In this document: positions 13,001 to 20,406 of the stretch, piece after piece
How positions within the stretch are numbered: position 1 is the stretch's first letter
Layout: each line of letters starts with the position of its first letter
IMG/VR virus record: IMGVR_UViG_3300042868_005134
Span: 186,001 to 250,000 of that record
Direction: 5' to 3' (one strand)
Length of the DNA stretch: 64,000 nucleotides
Translations under genes and position numbers: made by a program
The notes under the pieces: model-generated
What the model saw: the letters and a program-made list of their open reading frames with translations, nothing else
Database searches by the model: none
Told to the model about the DNA's origin: nothing

Positions 13001-16000
13001 AGTATGTTTATGAACAGAGTCGAGGCTCTTAAAGTTTTTGTTGAAAGTGTAAATGCTTCTATTAAAAATGAACTTATTGCCGATGATTATGACCTTGCCG
13101 AATTAGATACTTACGAACCTATACCAAGCGCAGTGTCGGGATTGTGGGATATTGCTATAGACACAGATTCAGAATTACGATTTATTCCTACTACACTACT
13201 TCAAACAGCAGTGTTAAAACCTATAATTATCAATGGTAGAATTACGGGTATCACAATCGTTTCATCAGGATACGGATATGGCACACTTAGAGAATACCCT
13301 AAGACTAATACACTAGATCCTGATAGATGGTATGGTCCTAATGTAAAAATTACAGGTAGCGGTATAAACGCTAAAATTAAATCTATAATAGATGCTCAAG
13401 GCAAAATTGTTGACTATGAAATAGAAAATAGCGGTGAGGGATATACAGCGAACACCGCCATTATTGTTCGAGATGTATCGGTACTCGTTAGAAGCGACAG
13501 CGAGTCGTTAGATTTATGGAGCATCTATTCATGGAGTGCTCGCATCGAACAATGGTCTAGAATAAAAAGTCAAAGCTATGATGTTAGAAAATATTGGCAG
13601 TATTTAGATTGGTACGCCGATGAATACAATCAATTTGTAAAGATAGACTATCTTGTAGAGAACACTTACGAATTAACAACTACCTATATGGATGTTGGCA
13701 GCATTGCCAAAGTTAGGAACGTGGGCCGCGGCGGCTGGCTGCTACTACTAAAAGTTGCTGATACACAAACAATAGATTACACACAAAATTTCACAGTTAT
13801 TGGCAGACAGAATGGTACAATAAAATTCTTAGAATCACTGTATCAATTCAAAGCTAGTACACTGGGATTCGATGGTCCGTTGTTTGATGCTGATATTTTT
13901 GATAACAGTCCTACGACAGAATTGCGAATAATTCTTGAAACAATACGAGACAAAATCCTAATCGATGAATATCGCACATCCTACTTAAAAGTATTTTTTG
14001 CCTGTGTTCGATATGCACTAAGCGAACAGACGTTTATCGACTGGGCGTTTAAAACTAGCTTTGTCAAGAGTCAACATAATGTAGGTGAGCTAAAACAAAA
14101 AGTCACTTACAACAGTGACAATTTAGAATTTTTTGAAGAATACATTAAAGAAGTTAAACCCTATAGAACTAAAGTACGTGAGTACGTTAGTAACTACACT
14201 TCACTAGATTATTCTCAAAGTTCAGTATCTGATTTTGATTTACTACCTGTGGTTAACGATAACAGAAGTGTTGCGCCTTTGTTGGTTCAAGTAAATGATA
14301 ACGCTGAAATTGTTACAGATTTTAGTGAAATATTAACATATCCATGGCGCCATTGGCACGATACCGTGGGCTTTGAAATTACTTCTATAGAAATAGTAGA
14401 TGGCGGCTCCGGATATATTACCAAGCCGATAGTAAAAATTTACGAAGAATATCAAGGTATAGTTTATAAATTATCCAATAGTGTGGCAGCAGAAGCAAAA
14501 GCCTACATATCAAACGGACGAGTGAATAGAATAGAATTAGTAAGCAGCGGCACACGCTGGATACGAGCTCCTAGAATTGAAATCATAGGAGGTCTAGCAA
14601 CTACCGGATCTGCTGCCACCGCAGTGGCAATTATAGGCCAGGGTGTGGTTAGAAGTAACTATGTTAAAATTAAATTTGATAGAACTAGCAAAGTTTATGA
14701 AATTACAGAACTTATATCAGTTGAAACGTTCTCTGGTACAGGTTCACGAACTCAATATTTGTTAAAATGGGCACCTGATATAAAGGTAGGTGAAAGTTAT
14801 GTAACTATTGATAATGCTGAAGTACTCAGGGATGATTATACATTAGAAGTTGTCAAATCTGTAACTAAAGGTTATACTAGTTACAGTGGACAAATTACTT
14901 TTAAAAACGCACCTCCTGCCAACAGCGCAACACCAGTTAACATTCGTATTGAGTACAAAAAAGATTTTGTACACTTAAATGCTCCTGATAGGATTAATTT
15001 TTACTATGATCCACAAACGGGACAGCTGGGTAAAGATCTAGCACAGCTAATGACTGGCATTGACTACGGTGGTGTAGAAATCACTGGCCTCGGGTTTGGC
15101 GTTAATGCCGGCTGGGATGCACTGCCGTGGTTTAGTGAACCGTGGGATACTATTGATCCTGAATTTGAAGATTATATTGTAACTGTTAGTTCGATAACAT
15201 ATTCTTATCGTATGCCATATGTTCCAGAGGAAAATCAACAGATCAATATCTATATTAGTCGATATACTGGCACAAGCTATGAACCTTCTATTAGAATAGA
15301 TGATCCTAACTATGCTACAATTTTACAAACAAACAATGACGCATTAATGCTATCCTTTACAGGAGATGGTGAAATTGATATTATCAATTTGCCAATTACA
15401 GTAGCGTTATCTGTAGATGATAGATTGATATTCCGTAAGGATACTAGCGATGGTAGTTACGGAGCACGTCCAGACGAATATGATACAAAATTAAGTGGCG
15501 GCAATTTAGCCTATACCAGTGCTACGGGATTGGCAGCAGACGACATAATTCTAGACGGGGACGACTTAGTAAGCGCAAATACTAGTTACGCTCCTGAAGA
15601 AGTTGTTCCTGGGCAAGTTATGGACACTGTGGCAATCAAAGTCTATCACAGACCAAGCGGCGGCTGTCCGAACATAATGTTTAATCATCATCGTGGCAAC
15701 GCATCTACTACAGATTTTAAAATAGGTCAATATTTTCCTAACGATAGTTCGGTAATAGTAAAAGTTGATAATCTAATTAAAACTTTAAGCGTGGATTACA
15801 CTATTGATTATCAAAACAACAATATTGTTTTTAACACTGCTCCGAGTCAGGGTGTTGCGATTGATATTTTAAGTATCAGTTTCAACTCTGCCAACATATT
15901 AGATTTAGATTATTTTATTTCTGATGGTGTTACCACTGAGTATTTGACAAAAGCCAATTGGTTGCCTACAATAGCATCAACAGTTCTTGTTAATGGCGCA

Positions 16001-17986
16001 GTCGTTGCCTATGAACTATTCAGCACAGACGATCAGTACACTGATGTAGTAGGTCAAACATGGAGGAGTCGAGCAGGGATTAGATTTGAAGCAGTACCTC
16101 CAGCAGGCGCACTAATTAATTACATTATTGATACATCAGTTGCAGACCAAACGTCTAGTGTTGTAAAATTAGAAAATTTAACTTACACAAGTGTTGATAC
16201 ATATCCTCTGGGAAATATCATAGGCTTAAATTCTCCACTGGATCAGAATGTGTTGGTTAAAACTAATCAAACAATATTAAAACCTGCAAGTGCTAATTAT
16301 TTTATTATTGAAAATTCTATGCTTGAATACTCTTTAAGAGATTACAAGTATCTAGGAGTAACTATAAATCCTGGTAACGTTAAAGTCTATAAAGATAATA
16401 CATTACTGGCATATGGCACAGAATATATATTGGATTTTGACTATACTGGAATTGTGTATGGCATTGACTCAACATCTTTAACAATCACCGGCGGCACAGG
16501 CTATGTTGTAGGTGATGTATTGGATGCTGTTGGCGGCACAGTTTCACCTACTGGCAGCTTGGCAAAATTCGAAGTGGTATTTGTAAATGGGTCGGGCAAG
16601 ATTCAACTATTAGAAATTGTTGACGCAGGATCATATGATGTGCCGCCTACTAACCCAATTAACCTATCGGGTGGCTCGGGCATTGGCGCAGCGTTATCTG
16701 CTAATTTTGAAATTATTCAAGACCAGCCAAACATAACTGTTAAATTAAAACCCGATGCTTACACTGACGGATCCGCATTAACAGTGTTGGTAGACTCTAA
16801 CGCAGACTATATTATAAATTCTGATAATTCTATAACATTTAATAATTCATATCCTTCTAATACACCTTTTGAAATCATAAGTTTTTATAACCACAATATT
16901 TTAAAAGTTGAAAGAACTATTGACGAGTTAATCCCTGCTGCTTCTTTAACAAACGGAACTACAGAATATTACGAACTTGTTAGCAAATTGGGCGGCAACT
17001 TTAAATTACGTAACACAGCAGTGTCCGGTGATTTTGTATGGGTAATTAAAAACGGAGAGCTGTTAATGCATGGCATTGATTATTATCTTCAAGATGATTT
17101 TATTACTGTTAAGTTAGCAGACTCATTGTTTAGTTCTGATGTGTTACAGGTAATGGCCTTTACAAATGTAGTAGTCCATGAAAGTTTTGCTTATATGCAA
17201 TTCAAAGATATCTTAAATCGTGTACACTATAAGCGTCTGAACAAATCAAAATCTACACTACTTGCTAGGGATTTGTTCCAGTTTGATAAAGAAATTCATG
17301 TGGATGATGCTAGTACATTAGACAATCCGATGCCTAGCAGAAACGTGCCTGGTATTATAGAAATTAACGGAGAACGCATCGAGTACTTTGTAAAAATTGG
17401 AAATGTGCTAAGTCAGTTACACAGGGGAACGTTGGGTACTGGTATGCCTAATTACCACAGCGCAGACAGTTTAGTTCAAGGCCTTGGCGCAAGCGAAACT
17501 ATTCCGTATAAAGATGAAAGCATCGTTGTAACTCATACTGTTTCTATAGGCGACCTTGGCATAGTAACATTACCTTATATTCCTAGCATAAATGATATGG
17601 AAGTGTTTATAGCAGGGTATAGATTGAAAAAACACCAATATAGTGTTTACTCTAATTTAAATTATCCATATAGCACAGAAGGTGATGTGGTGTTTAATGC
17701 TGAGTTCGAAATTAACGGCACTGTCCAATTACAATTAAATGTGACAGATCTTACAGTCAAAGGGCTATTTGTTCCGGGAGTTAAGATAACTGTGGTAAAA
17801 CGTCAGGGTAGATTATGGAATGATATAGGTCAACGATTGGCAAAATCTAACAATCCTATTGCTAACTTCCTTAAAGAAACTGGCACAAACTGGGTAGAAA
17901 CATACCTAGATAAATATGAAGATAGAGTCTTGGGCGGTGACGGAAACCCACTCTCAGCTGGTGACGGCGAACCTTTGGAATACTAA
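4031..17986 (+). CDS. Giant multidomain virion (baseplate/tail) protein, 4651 aa
   Basis: Uninterrupted 13.9 kb ORF coupled to the gp6-like gene. Contains FG-GAP-like beta-propeller repeats (about 10620-12060), two carbohydrate-binding-like W...Y..GD.V...Y motifs (about 8650 and 9425), several 'G.GY' beta modules and 'IKEVKPYRTKVR'. Confidence 0.75.
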   Translation: MAYSNDQNEPKVPISNVEKRSSADLLPRFYRTPGNKKFLQATVDQLIQPGTVKKLNGYVGRQTAKAVVSSDTFLEAADQTRQNYQLEPAAVIQDYLGNTTFFKDYIDHINHISVFDGVVDNHSRLNREEFYSWNPNICWDKFVNYQQYYWLPFGPRPIEVLGNELEIISTYSVTGVDETDNVAYLFNPEGPLEGLIRNPKIRLFRGQTYIFDINVVGHPFSIKTQRTAGDLYRYTKGVDAYAVENGKITFTVPVDAPDVLFYVSENAVDTGGVFHVLDITENTAINLTTDFVGKKEYVIPNGTAEGLRISNGMKLSFGGQVTPEEYANDFWYVEGVGTAIRLVRDKDLEVRTSFNEETSILFDDNPFDQLPFGDASTLPSTKDYITINRSSSDKNPWSRYNRWFHQDVIIASAAANNVQSGLDQTQRAIRPIIEFNAGIKLHNHGLSSKQNIDVIDNFTKDVFSTIEGSLGYNVDGIDLADAMRVIFTKDTDILVRNKIYRVNFIDVVVPSRQLSFNGTTSVNITNNTFTFASEHGLSSSNRVTYLNNGFDTLPGLTNRQVYYVKVIDSFTIELHTNTALTKQVDIFSAVDAVYKFEVFSGSRRQITLTEESDAVAILYESVTINYGTQETLTSSINGNQGQTYWFTGTTWKLAQIKTKVNQAPLFDLFDKNQISFTDTSVYDGSTFEGNKIFSYKVGTGTVDSELNFPLTYQNINNIGDIVFEFNLLTDKFAYKEITNVLYKDTATGYLKISKDINRAAYENGWTTSLIEDSQPVVRVFKDHIYNGTTIPFPIDVFDNKNDLTDLEVRVYINGNRLAKDQYTVTTSVVRKQVELTTAVTTTDVVTLRCFAKQAKNSNGYYELPISLQNNPLNHNVEQFTLGQVIDHVGSIVDNITTFTGTYPGYGNLRDIGNLSPYGVRFVQHSGPMNLSLYHIGSKSSNVVKAIDMARNDYGKFKRAFIVAATESGIDTDPRRHVDFVLQMINKDRPKTSPYYLSDMFGYTASNRIEYTVLDSRIKTYPLTSKFGLSTLSNKSVNIYLNGDQLVHGRDYVFGDDVFFELLIDIVQDDLIEAYEYETTDGCFCPATPTKLGLYPKFEPKIYLDDTYAEPTRVIQGHDGSITIAFDDYRDDLILELETRIFNNIKCEYNSDIFNIHDYIPGYSRTTLYSFKEFNRILSKYFFQWTTNIQEDYTKHIGYDQTDSFTYNYRGNFTPDNQDVPAAWRGIYTWLLDTIRPHSHPWECLGFSIEPSWWQDVYGPAPYTSDNLILWDDIKEGIIRQPGVPVRRDVKFAKSSLAYGLPVNDQGVLISPKDSGMVSGTIRSGDSGYFEFGDQATVESAWRRSSYYAFALIETCLLMQPNSVLGRCLDRSRIVKNLNNQLVYSETGLRLRLEDIVIPSTSNRNVDTRAYTCGLINYLVDYLSGDNVLRLDEYQLDLTSLTNKITTRIGSFTSQPKYKILLDSKTPSSTGGVFVPEENYYVDLNISSAITKVVYSGVIITKFADGFEVKGYNFDNPYFTYYPSRQDDRVINVGGISEGYITWNSGQIYAAGKIVKNNNQYYRVKTNHTSVETFDSQYYARLAELPVVGGRDAILRKTWDYDEPQTVAYGTKITTIQAMVDFLQGYGAYLEQQGFVFDDFNNELAVITNWETSVKEFLFWSTQNWAAGAVISLSPAANRLIFKSNIAAVDDLTDPFYGYSIFRVDGQKLDPEFITTYRKDGEFTLQPQDTNHGIFGATLFLVQKEHIVVLDNTTLFNDTVYDPEAGYRQERVKVLGYVTSNWNGSFEIPGFIYDRAIVNAWTPWTDFALGDIAKHKEFYYSAKSFLVGTETFNDDSWVLLTEKPKAELLPNWDYKAETFADFYDLDTDNLDSGQQKIAQHLIGYQKRQYLENIIQNDVSQYKFYQGMIIEKGTQNVLNKLFDVLSADGMESLTFDEEWAFRVGEYGAVDTFDEVEFKLDEREFKTNPQPIELVNSIDPLLTDFVYRQRPVDVYVKPYNYTNDIWPVKTTGTYLRTPGYIRSEDVKLSIDNLQDLITVDISSFKEGDYVWCAFENRDWNVYRFSKTPFKINNITYSNKVITIVCDKVITLTVGDVVGIENSVSVQGFHIVASVSLNTFTVSKEVQGWQTWTDQDTVLSYQFNLHRVENIDNANSIIPRYIKPNELIWADNNGHSKWSTYQYAPVYSQGTILNIDVRTNLNFGLATAITDDGNVAAVTDIDGVTIYEKSSSDNVWLSKQRILTTAVLSPGEFGSLIKFSKDGRWLAISAPLADIGFTNQGCVFLYEQGTDGQFDLSNTIVSPVPSAGEKFGINLAFGRKPNPTVLYSALTGTYTENGNGAVWTVTRIGSSYVLLVSDRGLRYKAGETIVIPGSQLGGTNVDNDLTIIINTVDSVTGSIENFTYTGSGLGDVYILAITAEGYNSNQGRVYTYKFDSITVWNQFVTLSTSTISGDYFGYDLAIDTNLTIVASAPSADTESGKVFVYSYTGSNYSLVKTLVGNIVDNAERFGESVSITTDGDYIAVGSTLMNVSNKKDVGQILIYKQSDSTYTTGTPYQVIDSPRNEVNERYGTDIEFMNNKTLVVFSKNGNIENITVFDELSTTFDNSNLQLIDVAVDVGRIDIFDMYNTKFVYGESLDNISVINSGYGEEIAVGNNTVLVSAIKETSQGFTNSGNVYSYIKPGEKFSWMPIHTQVDSVDIGKIKKVYLYNTVTNELVKYLDVIDPLQGKIPGVADQEIRYKTFYDPAIYSVGTSSVNVDDGMNWTTVQVGQLWWDLTRAKFLDTQSGDVIYRTSSWNTLYETASIDVYEWVETSLLPSAWIKQSSTDAGIARGISGTPKYSDEVYSVKKRYDSVSKTFKETYFYWVKGKKDAPNVSGRTLNSYDVAQLIADPAGYGYSFIAFTGTNSFALVNCEKYLQSNNVALSVQYWLSDNKTSNYHSQWKLLSTNRNTIIPTAIEEKWFDSLIGKDSNDRVIPDTSLPLKNRHGIEFKPRQSMFMNRVEALKVFVESVNASIKNELIADDYDLAELDTYEPIPSAVSGLWDIAIDTDSELRFIPTTLLQTAVLKPIIINGRITGITIVSSGYGYGTLREYPKTNTLDPDRWYGPNVKITGSGINAKIKSIIDAQGKIVDYEIENSGEGYTANTAIIVRDVSVLVRSDSESLDLWSIYSWSARIEQWSRIKSQSYDVRKYWQYLDWYADEYNQFVKIDYLVENTYELTTTYMDVGSIAKVRNVGRGGWLLLLKVADTQTIDYTQNFTVIGRQNGTIKFLESLYQFKASTLGFDGPLFDADIFDNSPTTELRIILETIRDKILIDEYRTSYLKVFFACVRYALSEQTFIDWAFKTSFVKSQHNVGELKQKVTYNSDNLEFFEEYIKEVKPYRTKVREYVSNYTSLDYSQSSVSDFDLLPVVNDNRSVAPLLVQVNDNAEIVTDFSEILTYPWRHWHDTVGFEITSIEIVDGGSGYITKPIVKIYEEYQGIVYKLSNSVAAEAKAYISNGRVNRIELVSSGTRWIRAPRIEIIGGLATTGSAATAVAIIGQGVVRSNYVKIKFDRTSKVYEITELISVETFSGTGSRTQYLLKWAPDIKVGESYVTIDNAEVLRDDYTLEVVKSVTKGYTSYSGQITFKNAPPANSATPVNIRIEYKKDFVHLNAPDRINFYYDPQTGQLGKDLAQLMTGIDYGGVEITGLGFGVNAGWDALPWFSEPWDTIDPEFEDYIVTVSSITYSYRMPYVPEENQQINIYISRYTGTSYEPSIRIDDPNYATILQTNNDALMLSFTGDGEIDIINLPITVALSVDDRLIFRKDTSDGSYGARPDEYDTKLSGGNLAYTSATGLAADDIILDGDDLVSANTSYAPEEVVPGQVMDTVAIKVYHRPSGGCPNIMFNHHRGNASTTDFKIGQYFPNDSSVIVKVDNLIKTLSVDYTIDYQNNNIVFNTAPSQGVAIDILSISFNSANILDLDYFISDGVTTEYLTKANWLPTIASTVLVNGAVVAYELFSTDDQYTDVVGQTWRSRAGIRFEAVPPAGALINYIIDTSVADQTSSVVKLENLTYTSVDTYPLGNIIGLNSPLDQNVLVKTNQTILKPASANYFIIENSMLEYSLRDYKYLGVTINPGNVKVYKDNTLLAYGTEYILDFDYTGIVYGIDSTSLTITGGTGYVVGDVLDAVGGTVSPTGSLAKFEVVFVNGSGKIQLLEIVDAGSYDVPPTNPINLSGGSGIGAALSANFEIIQDQPNITVKLKPDAYTDGSALTVLVDSNADYIINSDNSITFNNSYPSNTPFEIISFYNHNILKVERTIDELIPAASLTNGTTEYYELVSKLGGNFKLRNTAVSGDFVWVIKNGELLMHGIDYYLQDDFITVKLADSLFSSDVLQVMAFTNVVVHESFAYMQFKDILNRVHYKRLNKSKSTLLARDLFQFDKEIHVDDASTLDNPMPSRNVPGIIEINGERIEYFVKIGNVLSQLHRGTLGTGMPNYHSADSLVQGLGASETIPYKDESIVVTHTVSIGDLGIVTLPYIPSINDMEVFIAGYRLKKHQYSVYSNLNYPYSTEGDVVFNAEFEINGTVQLQLNVTDLTVKGLFVPGVKITVVKRQGRLWNDIGQRLAKSNNPIANFLKETGTNWVETYLDKYEDRVLGGDGNPLSAGDGEPLEY

Positions 17987-17989
17987 AAT

Positions 17990-18826
17990 ATGGCTACAAT
18001 TAACGACTTAAACCCTATATCAGTGCCAGCAGACGACTCTGTAATAGTTGTTACTGATGCTACTTCCAGTAAAAAAATAACGGTGTTAGATTTAAAATCT
18101 AATATTTTTAAACAGGCTAGCAGCACACAGGCAGGCAGTATAAAAGTTGGCTCTGGTCTAAGCATAAACACTGATGGTATACTATCTGTATCTAACTACA
18201 GCGATTATACGCTTCCAAAAGCAACTACATCTAATTTAGGCGGTGTAATTATAGGAGCAGGGTTGGCAATAGATACAGCAGGCGTTCTTACTGTTAGTGC
18301 TACTACTATTCCAAGTGCTAGTACGTTAGTTTCAGGTACAGTTAAAGTTGGCACTGGGCTAGTTATGAATTCAGGAGTATTGTCAATTGCGTTTTCTCAA
18401 TATGAGTTACCCAGCGCAACACAAGTAGTTTTAGGTGGAATTCGGGTAGGTTCAGGATTAATCATGGATAACTCTGTGTTGTCCACACAGGCTGACCCTT
18501 TTCTTACTGAAAGTGATCAAACAGTAACTAACAATTACACTACTGCTGACAATAAAGTAGTTTATAGTATAGGTACAATTACTCTAGATAGAACAGTTAC
18601 ATTTACAGTTGAAAGAAACGCAACTTGGACAATTTACACCCCAGGCGCTGTTTCAGCTACTATTCCTGTAATCCCTCCAGCATCTCCAATTCAAGAACAA
18701 GACACCACAATTATAGCTAATTATAGCATATCCAACAATAAAATTGCTTCAAGTATAGGGCCTGTTGTTGTTGATCGTAACGTTACCGTAGAAGTTGCAC
18801 CATTATCTACGTGGATTATATTTTAA
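17990..18826 (+). CDS. Tail fibre-like repeat protein
   Basis: Four 'P.A....LGGV.VG.GL.I...G.LS'-type repeats and a duplicated C-terminal 'Q..T...NY....NK...SIG....DR.VT..V....TW.I' module. Confidence 0.65.
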   Translation: MATINDLNPISVPADDSVIVVTDATSSKKITVLDLKSNIFKQASSTQAGSIKVGSGLSINTDGILSVSNYSDYTLPKATTSNLGGVIIGAGLAIDTAGVLTVSATTIPSASTLVSGTVKVGTGLVMNSGVLSIAFSQYELPSATQVVLGGIRVGSGLIMDNSVLSTQADPFLTESDQTVTNNYTTADNKVVYSIGTITLDRTVTFTVERNATWTIYTPGAVSATIPVIPPASPIQEQDTTIIANYSISNNKIASSIGPVVVDRNVTVEVAPLSTWIIF

Positions 18827-18833
18827 ATAAATA
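18827..18833 (+). promoter_or_regulatory. T4-late-like ATAAATA box
   Basis: Intergenic, upstream of the SD and ATG at 18858. Confidence 0.55.
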
Positions 18834-18857
18834 CATTATCATTAGGAGTATTTCAAC

Positions 18858-19772
18858 ATGGCAAATTTAAAACTTTTGGGGGCATCATCTGGATACACAG
18901 AGCTAGCCGCCGCATCAGTTGCCGTACCTACAACATTTACACTTCCGGCAGCTGACGGCACCGCAGGCCAAATATTGAGTACAAATGGCGGCGGGCAACT
19001 ACAATTTATAACAAACGAAGCAGCTTCTTACAGCTTGCCCACCGCTTCAACTACCGTGCTAGGTGGTGTACGAGTAGACGGAACCACTGTTACCATCAAC
19101 GGTAGCGGCGTTATCAGCTCTGCAAGTGCTTACACATTGACTACTGCTAGCTCAACTGTGTTGGGTGGAGTTAAAGTAGGAACCGGTTTAGCCATCAATG
19201 CTGGTGTACTCAGTGTTGCTAATACAGGCGCCGCAGCACAAGCTGACAGTTTAAAAGTAGGCGCCAATTACAGAACCGCAACGATAGACGAAGCAAGTCA
19301 AGGTACTAGTTTATCTATCGCTTGCCGAGACATTGACGGAAATCTAAATGCTGTGCTTTTCCAAGGAACTGCCACTAGTTCATTGTTTGCTGACTTGGCA
19401 GAAAAATACGTAGCTGATTCTCGCTATGAAGCAGGCACTGTTTTAGAATTTGGCGGCATACATGAAGTTACAATAGCTGAAGATGAAACACGCAGGGTTG
19501 CTGGAGTTGTTTCTACAGATCCAGGTTTTATAATGAACACAGGCCTTGAGTGTAGCGTAAGCAATGGAGAGCACACCGCAGTTTTAGCGTTAACTGGCCG
19601 AGTTCCTTGTAAAGTTCGTGGCAATATCAAGAAAGGTGACATGCTTATTAGTGCTGGCGGCGGCTTCGCCCGTCCTAGTAATAACCCTTCTATGGGAACT
19701 GTTATTGGTAAAGCGCTAGAAGATTTTGATGGAGATGAAGGTCTTATTGAAGTTGTTGTAGGCAGAATGTAA
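18858..19772 (+). CDS. Tail fibre-like protein with C-terminal ADLAE (peptidase G2/IMC-like chaperone) domain
   Basis: SD AGGAG. Two LGGV.V repeats shared with the upstream gene; C-terminal 'ADLAEKY...GVVSTDP...ALTGRVPCKVRG.IKKGD.L...IGKALE'. Confidence 0.65.
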   Translation: MANLKLLGASSGYTELAAASVAVPTTFTLPAADGTAGQILSTNGGGQLQFITNEAASYSLPTASTTVLGGVRVDGTTVTINGSGVISSASAYTLTTASSTVLGGVKVGTGLAINAGVLSVANTGAAAQADSLKVGANYRTATIDEASQGTSLSIACRDIDGNLNAVLFQGTATSSLFADLAEKYVADSRYEAGTVLEFGGIHEVTIAEDETRRVAGVVSTDPGFIMNTGLECSVSNGEHTAVLALTGRVPCKVRGNIKKGDMLISAGGGFARPSNNPSMGTVIGKALEDFDGDEGLIEVVVGRM

Positions 19773-19792
19773 TTCATAATAAAGAGAACAAT

Positions 19793-20404
19793 ATGCAAGG
19801 TAAAGATCTATCTGGAATTCTAGTTGAAGGCCATATCAAAATTTGGTATCCTGAAACAGGCGAAGTGGCAGTAAACAAACGTAATGCTATTCATTATGAA
19901 AATATGAGTGTTGCCCTTGCCGAGAGTTTAGCCAACGAAGGCCAAGGATTCATTAGTTCAATGGCATTTGGCAATGGCGGTACTAGCGTAGATCCTACAG
20001 GTATCATCACTTATCTTACTCCTAACTCGACTGGTACTAATGCTAGTCTGTACAATGAAACTTATACAAAAGTGGTAAACGATAGACTAAGTTCTAATCT
20101 TGATCCGACTCGTAATAGAATTGAAACACGTCATGTAACTGGTAAAAATTATACTGATGTATTTGTAACCTGTTTACTAGATTATGGTGAGCCTAGCGGT
20201 CAAGAAGCATTTGATAATACCAGTAATAACGATAGTGCTTATGTATTCGATGAACTAGGTTTAGTTTCGTATAGTACAACTAATAATCCACGATTGCTAA
20301 CCCATGTTATTTTTCATCCAGTACAAAAGTCATTAAACAGGCTTATTCAAATCGACTACACTGTTAGAATTCAAAGTCTAACTGGATTAAGTGAGGTTGC
20401 GTAA
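19793..20404 (+). CDS. Virion structural (baseplate/tail) protein
   Basis: Lies among tail genes; 'AFGNGGT', 'FDELGL' and 'THVIFHPVQKS...IDYTVRI' resemble baseplate/fibre-attachment proteins of large myoviruses. Confidence 0.55.
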   Translation: MQGKDLSGILVEGHIKIWYPETGEVAVNKRNAIHYENMSVALAESLANEGQGFISSMAFGNGGTSVDPTGIITYLTPNSTGTNASLYNETYTKVVNDRLSSNLDPTRNRIETRHVTGKNYTDVFVTCLLDYGEPSGQEAFDNTSNNDSAYVFDELGLVSYSTTNNPRLLTHVIFHPVQKSLNRLIQIDYTVRIQSLTGLSEVA

Positions 20405-20406
20405 AG

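Noticed and set aside
4031-17986. Intein or intron in the giant gene
   Set aside because: No intein splice-junction motifs or homing endonuclease motifs were recognised by eye and the frame is uninterrupted; an HMM scan would be needed to exclude this fully.
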